Assembly: GCA_038523235.1 (NCBI GenBank) | Contig: JBCBJQ010000095.1 | Coordinates: 1 to 22,719, forward strand | Reading direction: 5' to 3' | From: Cyanobacteria bacterium J06626_4 | GTDB lineage: Bacteria; Cyanobacteriota; Cyanobacteriia; Phormidesmidales; Phormidesmidaceae | Length of the DNA: 22,719 bases | Shown: positions 1 through 8,395 of the stretch, one piece after another | Layout: each line of letters begins with the position of its first letter | Position numbering within the stretch: position 1 is the first letter of the stretch | The notes under the pieces: model-generated | Seen by the model: only the letters and a program-made list of their open reading frames with translations | What the model was told of the DNA's origin: nothing | The model's database searches: none | Position numbers and translations under genes: made by a program

Positions 1-38
1 AGATACTGTAGAAGTCCTTTGTCAACGTCTGGCCTCCT

Positions 39-323
39 ATGTATACGCTCGAACTTAATCTGAAGCATTCTCCGCTGCCGCTTATGGTGCAAAAAGAAAC
101 CTTGGAAGCGGTGCAGGCTGATTACAAAAAAGTGATTGATGCGTTGAGCAGTGGCAATACCGTTGTGCTGGAATTGACCTGTGAACAGGTCACTGACAAA
201 CACATCACTGTTTTGGTCAACGAAATCGCCGCAGTGCAGTTCTACGAGAAATCAGGCACCGCATCCGCTTCAGGTAAACCACCGGGATTCTTTGCCATGG
301 CGGCGATGGAGCCTGCCAAGTAA
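39..323 (+). CDS. Conserved small cyanobacterial protein, UPF0367-like
   Basis: 94-aa ORF. N-terminal MYTLELNLKHSPLPLMVQK, central LELTCE and C-terminal SGKPPGFFA match my recollection of the cyanobacterial UPF0367 family, which usually precedes an ABC ATPase. Confidence 0.8.
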   Translation: MYTLELNLKHSPLPLMVQKETLEAVQADYKKVIDALSSGNTVVLELTCEQVTDKHITVLVNEIAAVQFYEKSGTASASGKPPGFFAMAAMEPAK

Positions 324-402
324 TCGGCTAGCGCTCTGCCTAGCAGCAGGGTGAGTTTTGCTGGATGTGCTTGAAACCTGAGGCTCTTTAAACCTGAAGA
401 GG

Positions 403-1086
403 ATGACTGAAACCGCAACAACACCTGACGGAGCACCGGCAGTCTGGGTAGATGATGTTTCATTTGCCTGGTCGTCGGCAGCACCGGTGTTGCAAGCTTG
501 TTCGTTGTCCGTGCGGCCAGGCGAATTTTGCATGCTCCTAGGCGATAACGGTAGTGGCAAGTCAACCCTATTGAAACTGCTAACGGGGCTGCTAAAGCCG
601 CAGCAGGGACAAGTCAACATCAACGGCACCTTTGGCTACGTGTTTCAAAATCCTGATCACCAGTTGGTGATGCCAACGGTGGGGGCCGATGTAGCCTTTG
701 GCTTAGTGGGAGAACAGTTACCTTTGCCCACAGTGCGCGATCGCGTCTTTGAAGCTCTGTCAGCGGTCAACCTGGCCCATCTAATTCGCCGACCAATCTA
801 TGCGCTCAGCGGTGGTCAAAAGCAACGAGTCGCCATTGCGGGGGCGATCGCCCGCCATTGTGAAGTGCTGCTGTTAGATGAACCGACAGCACTCCTTGAC
901 CCTGATAGTCAGATTGAGCTGGTGACTCTGGTCAGCAGTTTAGTCAAGGCTCGTAACTTGACGGCACTCTGGGTCACGCATCGGCTGATTGAACTGGACT
1001 ACTGCGATCGCGCAGTGCTGCTGCGCGACGGGCACGTCGTCGATCAGGGCGCACCTGACCGATTGCGCGCCGTTTTAGAAAAGTAA
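403..1086 (+). CDS. ECF/CbiO-type ABC transporter ATP-binding protein
   Basis: Walker A GDNGSGKST, ECF-type Q-loop VFQNPDHQLVMPTV, signature LSGGQKQRVAIAG, Walker B LLLDEPT, H-loop VTH. Purine-rich GAAGAGG directly before the ATG. Confidence 0.92.
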   Translation: MTETATTPDGAPAVWVDDVSFAWSSAAPVLQACSLSVRPGEFCMLLGDNGSGKSTLLKLLTGLLKPQQGQVNINGTFGYVFQNPDHQLVMPTVGADVAFGLVGEQLPLPTVRDRVFEALSAVNLAHLIRRPIYALSGGQKQRVAIAGAIARHCEVLLLDEPTALLDPDSQIELVTLVSSLVKARNLTALWVTHRLIELDYCDRAVLLRDGHVVDQGAPDRLRAVLEK

Positions 1087-1242
1087 GCCTTTGGCACACC
1101 TCAACCTCACTGAGACATGGAGCCATTGATTCCCGGCAGGAACAGTGAACGCTGGGTAAACGCTGCGGATGATGTGGGAAAAATAAGTTAGCTTAATATT
1201 ACGAAGCTTTAAAGACTCCAGCAACATCATCGGTTGAGCGCT

Positions 1243-1812
1243 ATGAAACCGGCCATCCCTCAGCCTTTACTCTTTGTCGACGCATACAACATCATCGGCG
1301 CTTGGCCCGAACTCTCGCGACTACGGGATGGCGAGGGGCTAGCGATCGCGCGCGATCAGCTAGTGGAAGCGCTGACCAATTACAGTGCCTACCAGGGCTT
1401 TAGAACCCGCATTGTCTTTGATGCTTACAATCAGAAACACCCCAAGCTCCAAGAATCAGTGACCGATGACGTCCTAATTCACTACACCGAGTTTGGCCAG
1501 ACTGCTGACACCTGCATTGAACGCTGGTGTGCTGAGCTGCAGCGAGACGTGCGATTTTTTAACTTGCGGCTCATTGTTGCGACCTCTGACCAAGCCCACC
1601 GCCATACGGTGACCGGCTATGGGGCCGAGTGGATGTCAGCCCATCGGCTAGCCCTAGATATGCAGGAAGCGCTGCAGCAGGGGCGCAAAAATCATCGGTC
1701 TCAAGGGCGTCGCCAGTCAAAGCGGCAAAAGACCGCACTCAAACCGGCAGTGCATGATCGGCTCCGCGCCCTGCGCGCCCAGTTGGAACAACAGCCTAAT
1801 GCTGGTGGGTGA
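1243..1812 (+). CDS. NYN domain (YacP/Rae1-like) endoribonuclease
   Basis: PIN/NYN acidic motifs FVDAYNIIG, IVFDA, TADTCIE, IVATSD and a basic C-terminal tail. ATG 1243 preferred over TTG 1234. Confidence 0.88.
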   Translation: MKPAIPQPLLFVDAYNIIGAWPELSRLRDGEGLAIARDQLVEALTNYSAYQGFRTRIVFDAYNQKHPKLQESVTDDVLIHYTEFGQTADTCIERWCAELQRDVRFFNLRLIVATSDQAHRHTVTGYGAEWMSAHRLALDMQEALQQGRKNHRSQGRRQSKRQKTALKPAVHDRLRALRAQLEQQPNAGG

Positions 1813-1867
1813 CTAATTCCGGCTATCGGCTAGGATAACTTTGGAGTCAATCGAATCTCAAAACTAG

Positions 1868-1897
1868 TTGCCAAACGTGCCGATATATCGTTAAGAT
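1868..1897 (+). promoter_or_regulatory. Putative sigma70-type promoter of tRNA-Asn
   Basis: TTGCCA (1868-1873), 18-nt spacer, TAAGAT (1892-1897), ending 11 nt before the tRNA 5' end. Confidence 0.5.
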
Positions 1898-1908
1898 AGG
1901 CTTCGCTA

Positions 1909-1980
<72 letters not shown>

Positions 1981-1991
1981 TTTAATTCAGG

Positions 1992-3086
1992 TCAACCTTG
2001 GGCAAATCGCCAATCTTGGTGCCAGCCTTGACCGCCAACTTCTAGCCCGGCTAGCTCGGTGTCACTCTGCACAATTAGCGTTTCAGAGCCGGTGCCTGCG
2101 CGCGATCGCGCCCACACTTCTAAATGCAATCTGCCGTGGGTGGTGTCCCAACATTCCCAGCGCAATCCTTTTAGGGTGGGCACCTGCACCTGCGCTGGGG
2201 GCGACTTTGCCGTGCCGTGCAAAACGATGCGATAGCGATGATCGTGGGCAGTCATCTGCCAGGTGCCCCAGGGGGTGACGTGCCAACGCATGGCCGTCTT
2301 CAGAGAACTCAGCGCAATGAGTTGACCGCACCAGTGCACCCCGATTAGGCCCACCGTTTCAGTGCGTTCCAATACTTGCCGACGGCCACCCACGGCGGTG
2401 AGAGCGAGGTCAGGGGCATCGTCAAAGGCATTGGCCTGCAACCAAAACCAACGGCCAGGGAACGCCCCACCCCAGTTCTTTTCCGCATAGGCAGGGGCCT
2501 GCTGAAATTCGTAACGATGGCCCTGCCACTCGGCCCAGCCCGTCGCCTGTCCGTGAGCCATCAGCACCTGCCAACCGGGTTCAAAAATCGGCAGATACGA
2601 CAGCCAGCCAGCCGTGGCCAACTGTGGTCCCTGCCGGTTGCCCCAGCCGTAAACAGGCTCAATGACATAATCCCACTGGGCGATCGCCCCAGTAGCAACA
2701 TCCTCTAAGCATCCTTGATGATGAGTAGCGGTAGCCTGATAGCCCTGTTGAATGGTCGCGGCAAAGTCAGCAGACGACAGATGATGCGCACCTTTAACAC
2801 ACTGTGAGGTTGTTCCCCAATGGCCCAAGCCTAAGCGGTGAGACCAAGCCCAAAAGCGGTTAACATCCGACAGGTGACAGCAGAGATACCCTTCGTCAGG
2901 GCCCAGGATCTGGGCATCCCCACCACTCAGCGACGACGAGCCCGCTGGATCATCAATGGAATACATGAAGGCGAAGGATTCACCAGCCTCCGGCAGCGTC
3001 AGCCGAAAATACCACCCCTCAAAAAACCGGCGATCACCCCCCGGCCAGTGATAGCCGCTATGGGGCGTCCAAAAAAACTTAGACAT
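1992..3086 (-). CDS. vte1: Tocopherol cyclase (VTE1/Slr1737 family)
   Basis: TPHSGYHW...[66 protein letters not shown] are hallmark tocopherol cyclase motifs. Confidence 0.95.
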   Translation of the reverse strand: MSKFFWTPHSGYHWPGGDRRFFEGWYFRLTLPEAGESFAFMYSIDDPAGSSSLSGGDAQILGPDEGYLCCHLSDVNRFWAWSHRLGLGHWGTTSQCVKGAHHLSSADFAATIQQGYQATATHHQGCLEDVATGAIAQWDYVIEPVYGWGNRQGPQLATAGWLSYLPIFEPGWQVLMAHGQATGWAEWQGHRYEFQQAPAYAEKNWGGAFPGRWFWLQANAFDDAPDLALTAVGGRRQVLERTETVGLIGVHWCGQLIALSSLKTAMRWHVTPWGTWQMTAHDHRYRIVLHGTAKSPPAQVQVPTLKGLRWECWDTTHGRLHLEVWARSRAGTGSETLIVQSDTELAGLEVGGQGWHQDWRFAQG

Positions 3087-3843
3087 CTACCCAGCGCGGG
3101 ACATATTGCCAGCCTTGTTTGAGGTCGATCTTGATCTGATCGAGATCAGGGCAATATTGCCGCACGAGCTGCCAAAATGCCTTGGAATGATTCATGTGAA
3201 CAGTGTGACACAGCTCATGAATCAGCACGTAATCGACTAAAGACGGGGGCAAGAACAGCAGCTTGTAGTTGAGGCTGATGGACTGGCTTGACGAGCAGCT
3301 GCCCCAGCGCGTACTTTGGCCTCGCACAGTCAGGCGGCTGTAGGCAAGATCACAGCGCTGGCTCGTTGTTTGCAGCCAAGGAGAGAGTTCCGTTCGAGCC
3401 TTACGCTGCAGCCAACTGCGCAGCAGGTCGCGGCACGCCTCGGCATCGTCAACGGGGCCTCTGAGGGTAATTTCTCGGGGCTGATTTTGCGTCAGAGCCA
3501 GGGTTGAACCCTTGGAAGACTGATAGGCAACTGTCCAAATTTCATCGCGTGATCGCAACTCTAGCGTTGTGGGTTTATCAACGCTGTGGGCCGCTGGCAG
3601 GGTATCACGCTGCTGTTCAATGCGCTGCAGGGTTTTCGTAATCCAGCCCCGACGGCGCTCTAAAATTTCGGGAATTTCGGTAGGGTTAAACCCCGGCGGC
3701 ACAACGACCTCCAGCGTTCCTTGATAGGAAATCTTCAAAGAGACATGGCGGGCACGGCGGCTTTCGCGAACTTGATAGTTCGGCAGGGGGCTTTGATGAT
3801 CACTCAAGGCAAACAAAGTGAGTTGCTGGACAATCTCTGGCAT
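3079..3843 (-). CDS. YgjP-like (M48/DUF45/SprT-like) zinc-dependent metallohydrolase
   Basis: [32 protein letters not shown] (HExxH), [11 protein letters not shown] 3843 preferred over TTG 3855. Its stop overlaps the vte1 start by 8 bp (ATGTCTAA). Confidence 0.88.
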   Translation of the reverse strand: MPEIVQQLTLFALSDHQSPLPNYQVRESRRARHVSLKISYQGTLEVVVPPGFNPTEIPEILERRRGWITKTLQRIEQQRDTLPAAHSVDKPTTLELRSRDEIWTVAYQSSKGSTLALTQNQPREITLRGPVDDAEACRDLLRSWLQRKARTELSPWLQTTSQRCDLAYSRLTVRGQSTRWGSCSSSQSISLNYKLLFLPPSLVDYVLIHELCHTVHMNHSKAFWQLVRQYCPDLDQIKIDLKQGWQYVPRWVDV

Positions 3844-3990
3844 AGGGTATCGCAATCGCGATCGCTCAAGGGTGAGTTTATCGCTTTATTGAGGCAAAGG
3901 AAACCTAACGGAGCAGTTCAAATGTATCATCAACGATTACGGAAAGCCATCCTGTTTGCGCCGTGAATGAAGGGGGTAAACGAGTCCCGT

Positions 3991-5235
3991 TCACGCTGGG
4001 CGGATCGCGTCACTAAGCGTCTGCTGCAGATGGGTCTGAGCAACTATCTTGCCGCCTTTAAAGACCGTGCGCCCCGGTGGCGCGGTCGCGATCGCCTCTG
4101 CAGCGGAACCAGCGGCCAGCAGCACAAAATCAGCGACGCGGCCAGGGGCAATGCCGTAATCGTGAATGCCGATAGCCTGAGCCGCATATTGGGTCGTCAC
4201 GTTGAGACAAAACTCCTGTTGAGCCCCGGTGCCCAGCTGCAGCACCTGGGCCAGCAGCGTCCCCATTTTGAGCATGTCGCCATCGCCAAAGGGGGTAAAC
4301 AGGTTTTGAATATTGTTCGTCGCGGTCCCCACTGTGACCCCCCACTGGTGTAGCTGGTGTAGCGGGGCGACGCCTCGCCGCACGTTATGAGTATCGCGGC
4401 GGGCCATCATGTAGAGGTCTGAGGCGGGCAAAGCCAAAACCGCAATGCCCGCCGCTGCCAGATCAGTGGCGATCGCCTGCAGATCAGCCGGTGGCAAACT
4501 CGCCAGCTTCGTCATGTGACCGAGACAGACGCGACCTTGCCACTGGCGGCGCTGGGTTTCAGCAATGACAAGCGGCAACTGCAGCGGCTGATCGTCATCT
4601 AAAAAGTCGAGATGAAAGTCGACGTCACAGTCATACGCTGCGGCAATGTCAAAGATGATCTCGATATTACGGCGCGGCTCTGGATCGACGTAGGGGGCGG
4701 AGCCAATGACGTTACCGCCCAATTCCATCGCCTGCCGTAGCAGCACCTCAGTACCGGATTGATTGGTAATCCCCTCTTGAGCAAAGACGGCCAGCTGTAG
4801 GGTAATGGCCGGTGCATAGGCTTTCTGCAGGGGCAGCAGCGCCGTCATCGCAGTCAGCCCCAAAATCGGATCGACTTCCACATGACAGCGCATGGCCGTC
4901 ACGCCAAAGGCAATCGCGCGATCCAGCACCCGACGGGCACGATGCTGAATATCTGTGACGGTGTACTGTGCTTTGAGCCGCAGAGTATTAGACAGCGCTT
5001 CGGCAAAGTCACCGGTCTGAGCCGGCGATCGCGACAGCAAAAAGGCCTTATCTAAGTGAATGTGGGCATCGACAAAACCGGGCACGAGCAGTTGCCCCTG
5101 AGCATCTAAAGTGGTGTGGGTCGTAACAGCAGAGGCTTCTTGCACCTGCGTAATCTGACCGTTGTGCCAGGCCACCGTCCACAGACCGGACCGACCCATC
5201 AGGGCCACATTGGCGATCGCCGAGTCAACCATCAC
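3991..5235 (-). CDS. Metal-dependent amidohydrolase, cytosine deaminase (CodA)-like fold, substrate uncertain
   Basis: PGFVDAHIHLDK (HxH), AVFAQEG, DFHLD, LGHMT, YGIAPGRVADFVLL, RTVFKGG. GAGGA RBS 9 nt before the GTG. Confidence 0.88.
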   Translation of the reverse strand: MMVDSAIANVALMGRSGLWTVAWHNGQITQVQEASAVTTHTTLDAQGQLLVPGFVDAHIHLDKAFLLSRSPAQTGDFAEALSNTLRLKAQYTVTDIQHRARRVLDRAIAFGVTAMRCHVEVDPILGLTAMTALLPLQKAYAPAITLQLAVFAQEGITNQSGTEVLLRQAMELGGNVIGSAPYVDPEPRRNIEIIFDIAAAYDCDVDFHLDFLDDDQPLQLPLVIAETQRRQWQGRVCLGHMTKLASLPPADLQAIATDLAAAGIAVLALPASDLYMMARRDTHNVRRGVAPLHQLHQWGVTVGTATNNIQNLFTPFGDGDMLKMGTLLAQVLQLGTGAQQEFCLNVTTQYAAQAIGIHDYGIAPGRVADFVLLAAGSAAEAIATAPPGRTVFKGGKIVAQTHLQQTLSDAIRPA

Positions 5236-5770
5236 GGGCGTTAATCCTCAGTCTCTGAACGCTGCTTACATCATCTGCCCGTCACCCATCCTGGCTAATG
5301 CTAACTGAGCAGCATCCCTTGCCACATTTTTAAGCCGTCTGGAGACTCTCGCCCAGCTGGCCCTGCATACCCGCTGCTAATAATCGGACGCCCCAAGCCC
5401 TATTGGTAGCATCGCAGAGAAACTCAGAGGTTTAGCCTCAAAATATCCTTAAGACAGACAATTTTCTGTCAGGATTGAGCAGCGTCAACCCCTGCGATCA
5501 GGAATGTGATTTTGGTGCAGTTGCCCCAGGTGGCAGAAGCCAGAATCATCACCTGGCCGTAGAGAATCGAGATGAAACCTGGAAACGGCCAGGCCAACAC
5601 TGAAGCTGGGGGACAGAGGGGCCAAAGGCTGGGCCTGAATGTAACAGATGGGTGATGTCAGCTTCAGCAAAGGTTATGGTGAAGTTCGAGTGCATCAGTA
5701 ATTGTCATCAGTTGTCCTGGCAGCCATTGATTTTGCCCCTCTGACAGACTTGCCCCCTGCCCCGTACATC

Positions 5771-8155
5771 ATGATGCCTACCCCTGCAACGACCACTGCC
5801 ACTCAATCAAAAACTCAACCTGACCAGCTCGGCTTTCGCTTTCCCTGGCAAGCGGTGCTCACCGGCAGTTGCCTTTCACTAGCGACCCTGGTGACTGCCA
5901 TTAACAGCCCGTTTCTGCAGCAGTGGGAATGGCAGATGCAGACGCTCTTTTTTGAGCTGCGGGGGCCGCAAGCCGCTCCTGACGATATCGTTATTTTGGC
6001 AATTGATAACGAATCGCTGTCTCAGGCTGAGCATTATCGCAGTGACCCGGAACAGTATGCCGATTTGGCCCCGATTCAACAGTGGCCCTGGCAGCGGGAA
6101 GCCTATGCAATCGCGATCGATCGCCTCTTAGCAGCAGGCGCTAAAGCGGTGGCGGTGGATATTGTGCTGACTACTGATAGTGCCTATGGCTCAGCGGATG
6201 ATGACCGCCTCAGCACCGTGTTGGAACAATACGGCGATCGCGTCACCCTAGCAATGAAATACGAGGGCGATCAGCTCCGACAGGGCACCTTACTCAAACC
6301 GACGCTGCCCTTAGATCAGTTTCAATCAGCCGGGATTCGCCTGGGCAATATCAACTTTCCCTTAGAAAATGATGGGCGCATTCATCGCCAAGGGCATACC
6401 TATCTGCAAGCGCTGGAGACCGCGAGCGGCGGCCCCAGCGATCGGGGTGAAACCGCCCCCGATTGGGCCACCATCACCAGTTTTGCCGAAGCGACGTTGC
6501 AGTCAGCGGCGATCGCCTATCCCGAACCGACCGGCACCGGCATTCATTTTTTAGGGCCGGCCCAAACCTTTGAGCACATACCGTTTTGGTATGTGCTGGA
6601 TGCTGATCTATGGTCTAACTATCTGCAGCAGGGGGCGGTATTTCAAGACAAAATCGTGGTCATCGGCACCACCGCCAGTTTACACCAAGATTTCCACCGT
6701 GTTCCGTTTGCTCAGGGCATGGCGTATCCTGAGCCGATGCCGGGGGTCGAAATTTTGGCGGCTGATATTGCCACATTACGGGCCGGTAACGCTTTGACCA
6801 TAGGGCTACCCCAACCGCTGGCTCGAGCCGGCTTATTGCTGGCGATCGGGGGCGGCTTTCTCGTCGGGGTCTCCCGCAGTAAGCGCATTTTGCAGCGCCT
6901 GATGTGGACGGCGATCGCCGCCGGCGGCTGGCTGGCGATCGGGTATGCCAGCTTTATCGGGGCCGGCGTCTTTTTGCCCACGGCTGGCATCGCCATCACG
7001 GTAATGATTTGTGGCGGCTGTTATGCCACCACCGGTCTTGTGGCCGAACAGTTTCGTAAGCAGCGACTCCGCACCACCTTGGCCCAATATGTGACCTCGC
7101 CCATTGTGCAAGAAATCATCAGCCAAGAAGAAGATTTTCAAGATTTGCTAGAGGCCCGCCAAGCTGAGGTGGTGGGCACGCTGTTGGGTGCCCGCTATCA
7201 GGTGCTCGCAATTCTGGGCTATGGCGGCTTCAGCGAAACGTTTACCGCCGCTGACACCCAACGACCGGGCAACCCGATTTGCGTGGTCAAGCGCCTGCGC
7301 ATTGTCAGTGACGACCCGCAATCACATCAGCTGGCCCATCGCCTATTTGTCTCAGAGGCTAAAACCTTAGAAAGACTGGGGCACCACAGTCAAATTCCGC
7401 GGCTGCTGGCGCACTTTGAAACCAGCACCTCGTTCTTCTTAGTCGAAGAAATGGTGCAAGGCAACATGATCAAAGATGAGCTGTCGTCTCGTCAGGCAAA
7501 GTCGCAGGCTTGGGTGATGAACTTTTTGCTCGATCTCTTGCCGGTGGTGGAGTATGTCCATAGTCAGGGCGTCATTCACCGCGATATCAAACCGTCTAAC
7601 CTGATTCGGCGGGCGGGCGATGGTCGCTTAGTGCTCATCGACTTTGGCTCAGTCAAGGAAATTTCTAACCAACTGACAGAGACAGAACCGCACGTCACCT
7701 CCACGATTGGCATTGGCACCAAAGGCTATATGCCCAGCGAACAGTCCGCCGGGATGCCGCGCTTTAGCAGCGATCTATACGCGATTGGAGTCACTGCGAT
7801 TGAGGCGCTGACGGGCATTTCTCCCTACAAGCTGAAATATGACGATCGCGGCGAGCTGATTTGGCAATACTTGGTGCCAGAGTTGCATCCAGCGTTGGGC
7901 ACCGTGCTTAGCCAAATGGTGCGCTATGACTTTACCCAGCGCTACGAAGCGGCCCAGCACGTGCTGGCAGCTCTCAAAGAAATCCCCGTAGCGTTGCCCG
8001 ACGCCCTAGTGGTTCGGACTCCTTTGATGGCCGATATCAGCACTCAAGCGATCGATGAAGATGACGATCGCTGGGATGAGCCCACCGGCTACTTGCCGAC
8101 CGACTGGGCCACCGAATCGGATGAATCAACCGAGCCAGACAGCCGTCTGGGTTAA
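5771..8155 (+). CDS. CHASE2-domain membrane Ser/Thr (Hanks-type) protein kinase
   Basis: N-terminal hydrophobic segment; CHASE2 motifs (FFELRGP..PDDIVILAID, WPWQR, DKIVVIG, MPGVEILA); three TM helices; kinase motifs LGYGGFS, CVVKRL, HRDIKPSN, LIDFG, GTKGYMPSEQ, SDLYAIG. Start ATG 5771/5774 preferred over TTG 5702. Confidence 0.93.
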   Translation: MMPTPATTTATQSKTQPDQLGFRFPWQAVLTGSCLSLATLVTAINSPFLQQWEWQMQTLFFELRGPQAAPDDIVILAIDNESLSQAEHYRSDPEQYADLAPIQQWPWQREAYAIAIDRLLAAGAKAVAVDIVLTTDSAYGSADDDRLSTVLEQYGDRVTLAMKYEGDQLRQGTLLKPTLPLDQFQSAGIRLGNINFPLENDGRIHRQGHTYLQALETASGGPSDRGETAPDWATITSFAEATLQSAAIAYPEPTGTGIHFLGPAQTFEHIPFWYVLDADLWSNYLQQGAVFQDKIVVIGTTASLHQDFHRVPFAQGMAYPEPMPGVEILAADIATLRAGNALTIGLPQPLARAGLLLAIGGGFLVGVSRSKRILQRLMWTAIAAGGWLAIGYASFIGAGVFLPTAGIAITVMICGGCYATTGLVAEQFRKQRLRTTLAQYVTSPIVQEIISQEEDFQDLLEARQAEVVGTLLGARYQVLAILGYGGFSETFTAADTQRPGNPICVVKRLRIVSDDPQSHQLAHRLFVSEAKTLERLGHHSQIPRLLAHFETSTSFFLVEEMVQGNMIKDELSSRQAKSQAWVMNFLLDLLPVVEYVHSQGVIHRDIKPSNLIRRAGDGRLVLIDFGSVKEISNQLTETEPHVTSTIGIGTKGYMPSEQSAGMPRFSSDLYAIGVTAIEALTGISPYKLKYDDRGELIWQYLVPELHPALGTVLSQMVRYDFTQRYEAAQHVLAALKEIPVALPDALVVRTPLMADISTQAIDEDDDRWDEPTGYLPTDWATESDESTEPDSRLG

Positions 8156-8395
8156 TGCCCAGACGGCACCAGACAGATCTCATCGTTACTGGCCCTAACA
8201 GGGCTCGTTGATCGTTGGGAAAGGCCATGTTGGCATCAGCTCTTGATGTGCTGCTATAGCGAGCTGCAGTCAGGTTTGGACACTTTTAATCGCCATTTGA
8301 CAGACCTTTCAATTCCGTAGGGCTGCCCTGCCCGCAGGATAGTCCGAACTCAGCATGCCGCATTCTGCCGTAGCACATAACGACTCAAGCAATAT

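Noticed and set aside
5290..5410. Guanidine-I/ykkC-like riboswitch upstream of the amidohydrolase (minus strand GGGGCGTCCG...CTGGGCGAGAG...AGACGG)
   Set aside because: Only loose resemblance. The conserved 3' GGxxxAAAAGCCxGGGAG element and a convincing P1 stem are missing. An Infernal scan with RF00442 would settle it.
5485..5670. 61-aa minus-strand ORF in the intergenic region
   Set aside because: TTG start, no clear RBS and no recognisable motif. It cannot be supported without conservation or ribosome-profiling data.
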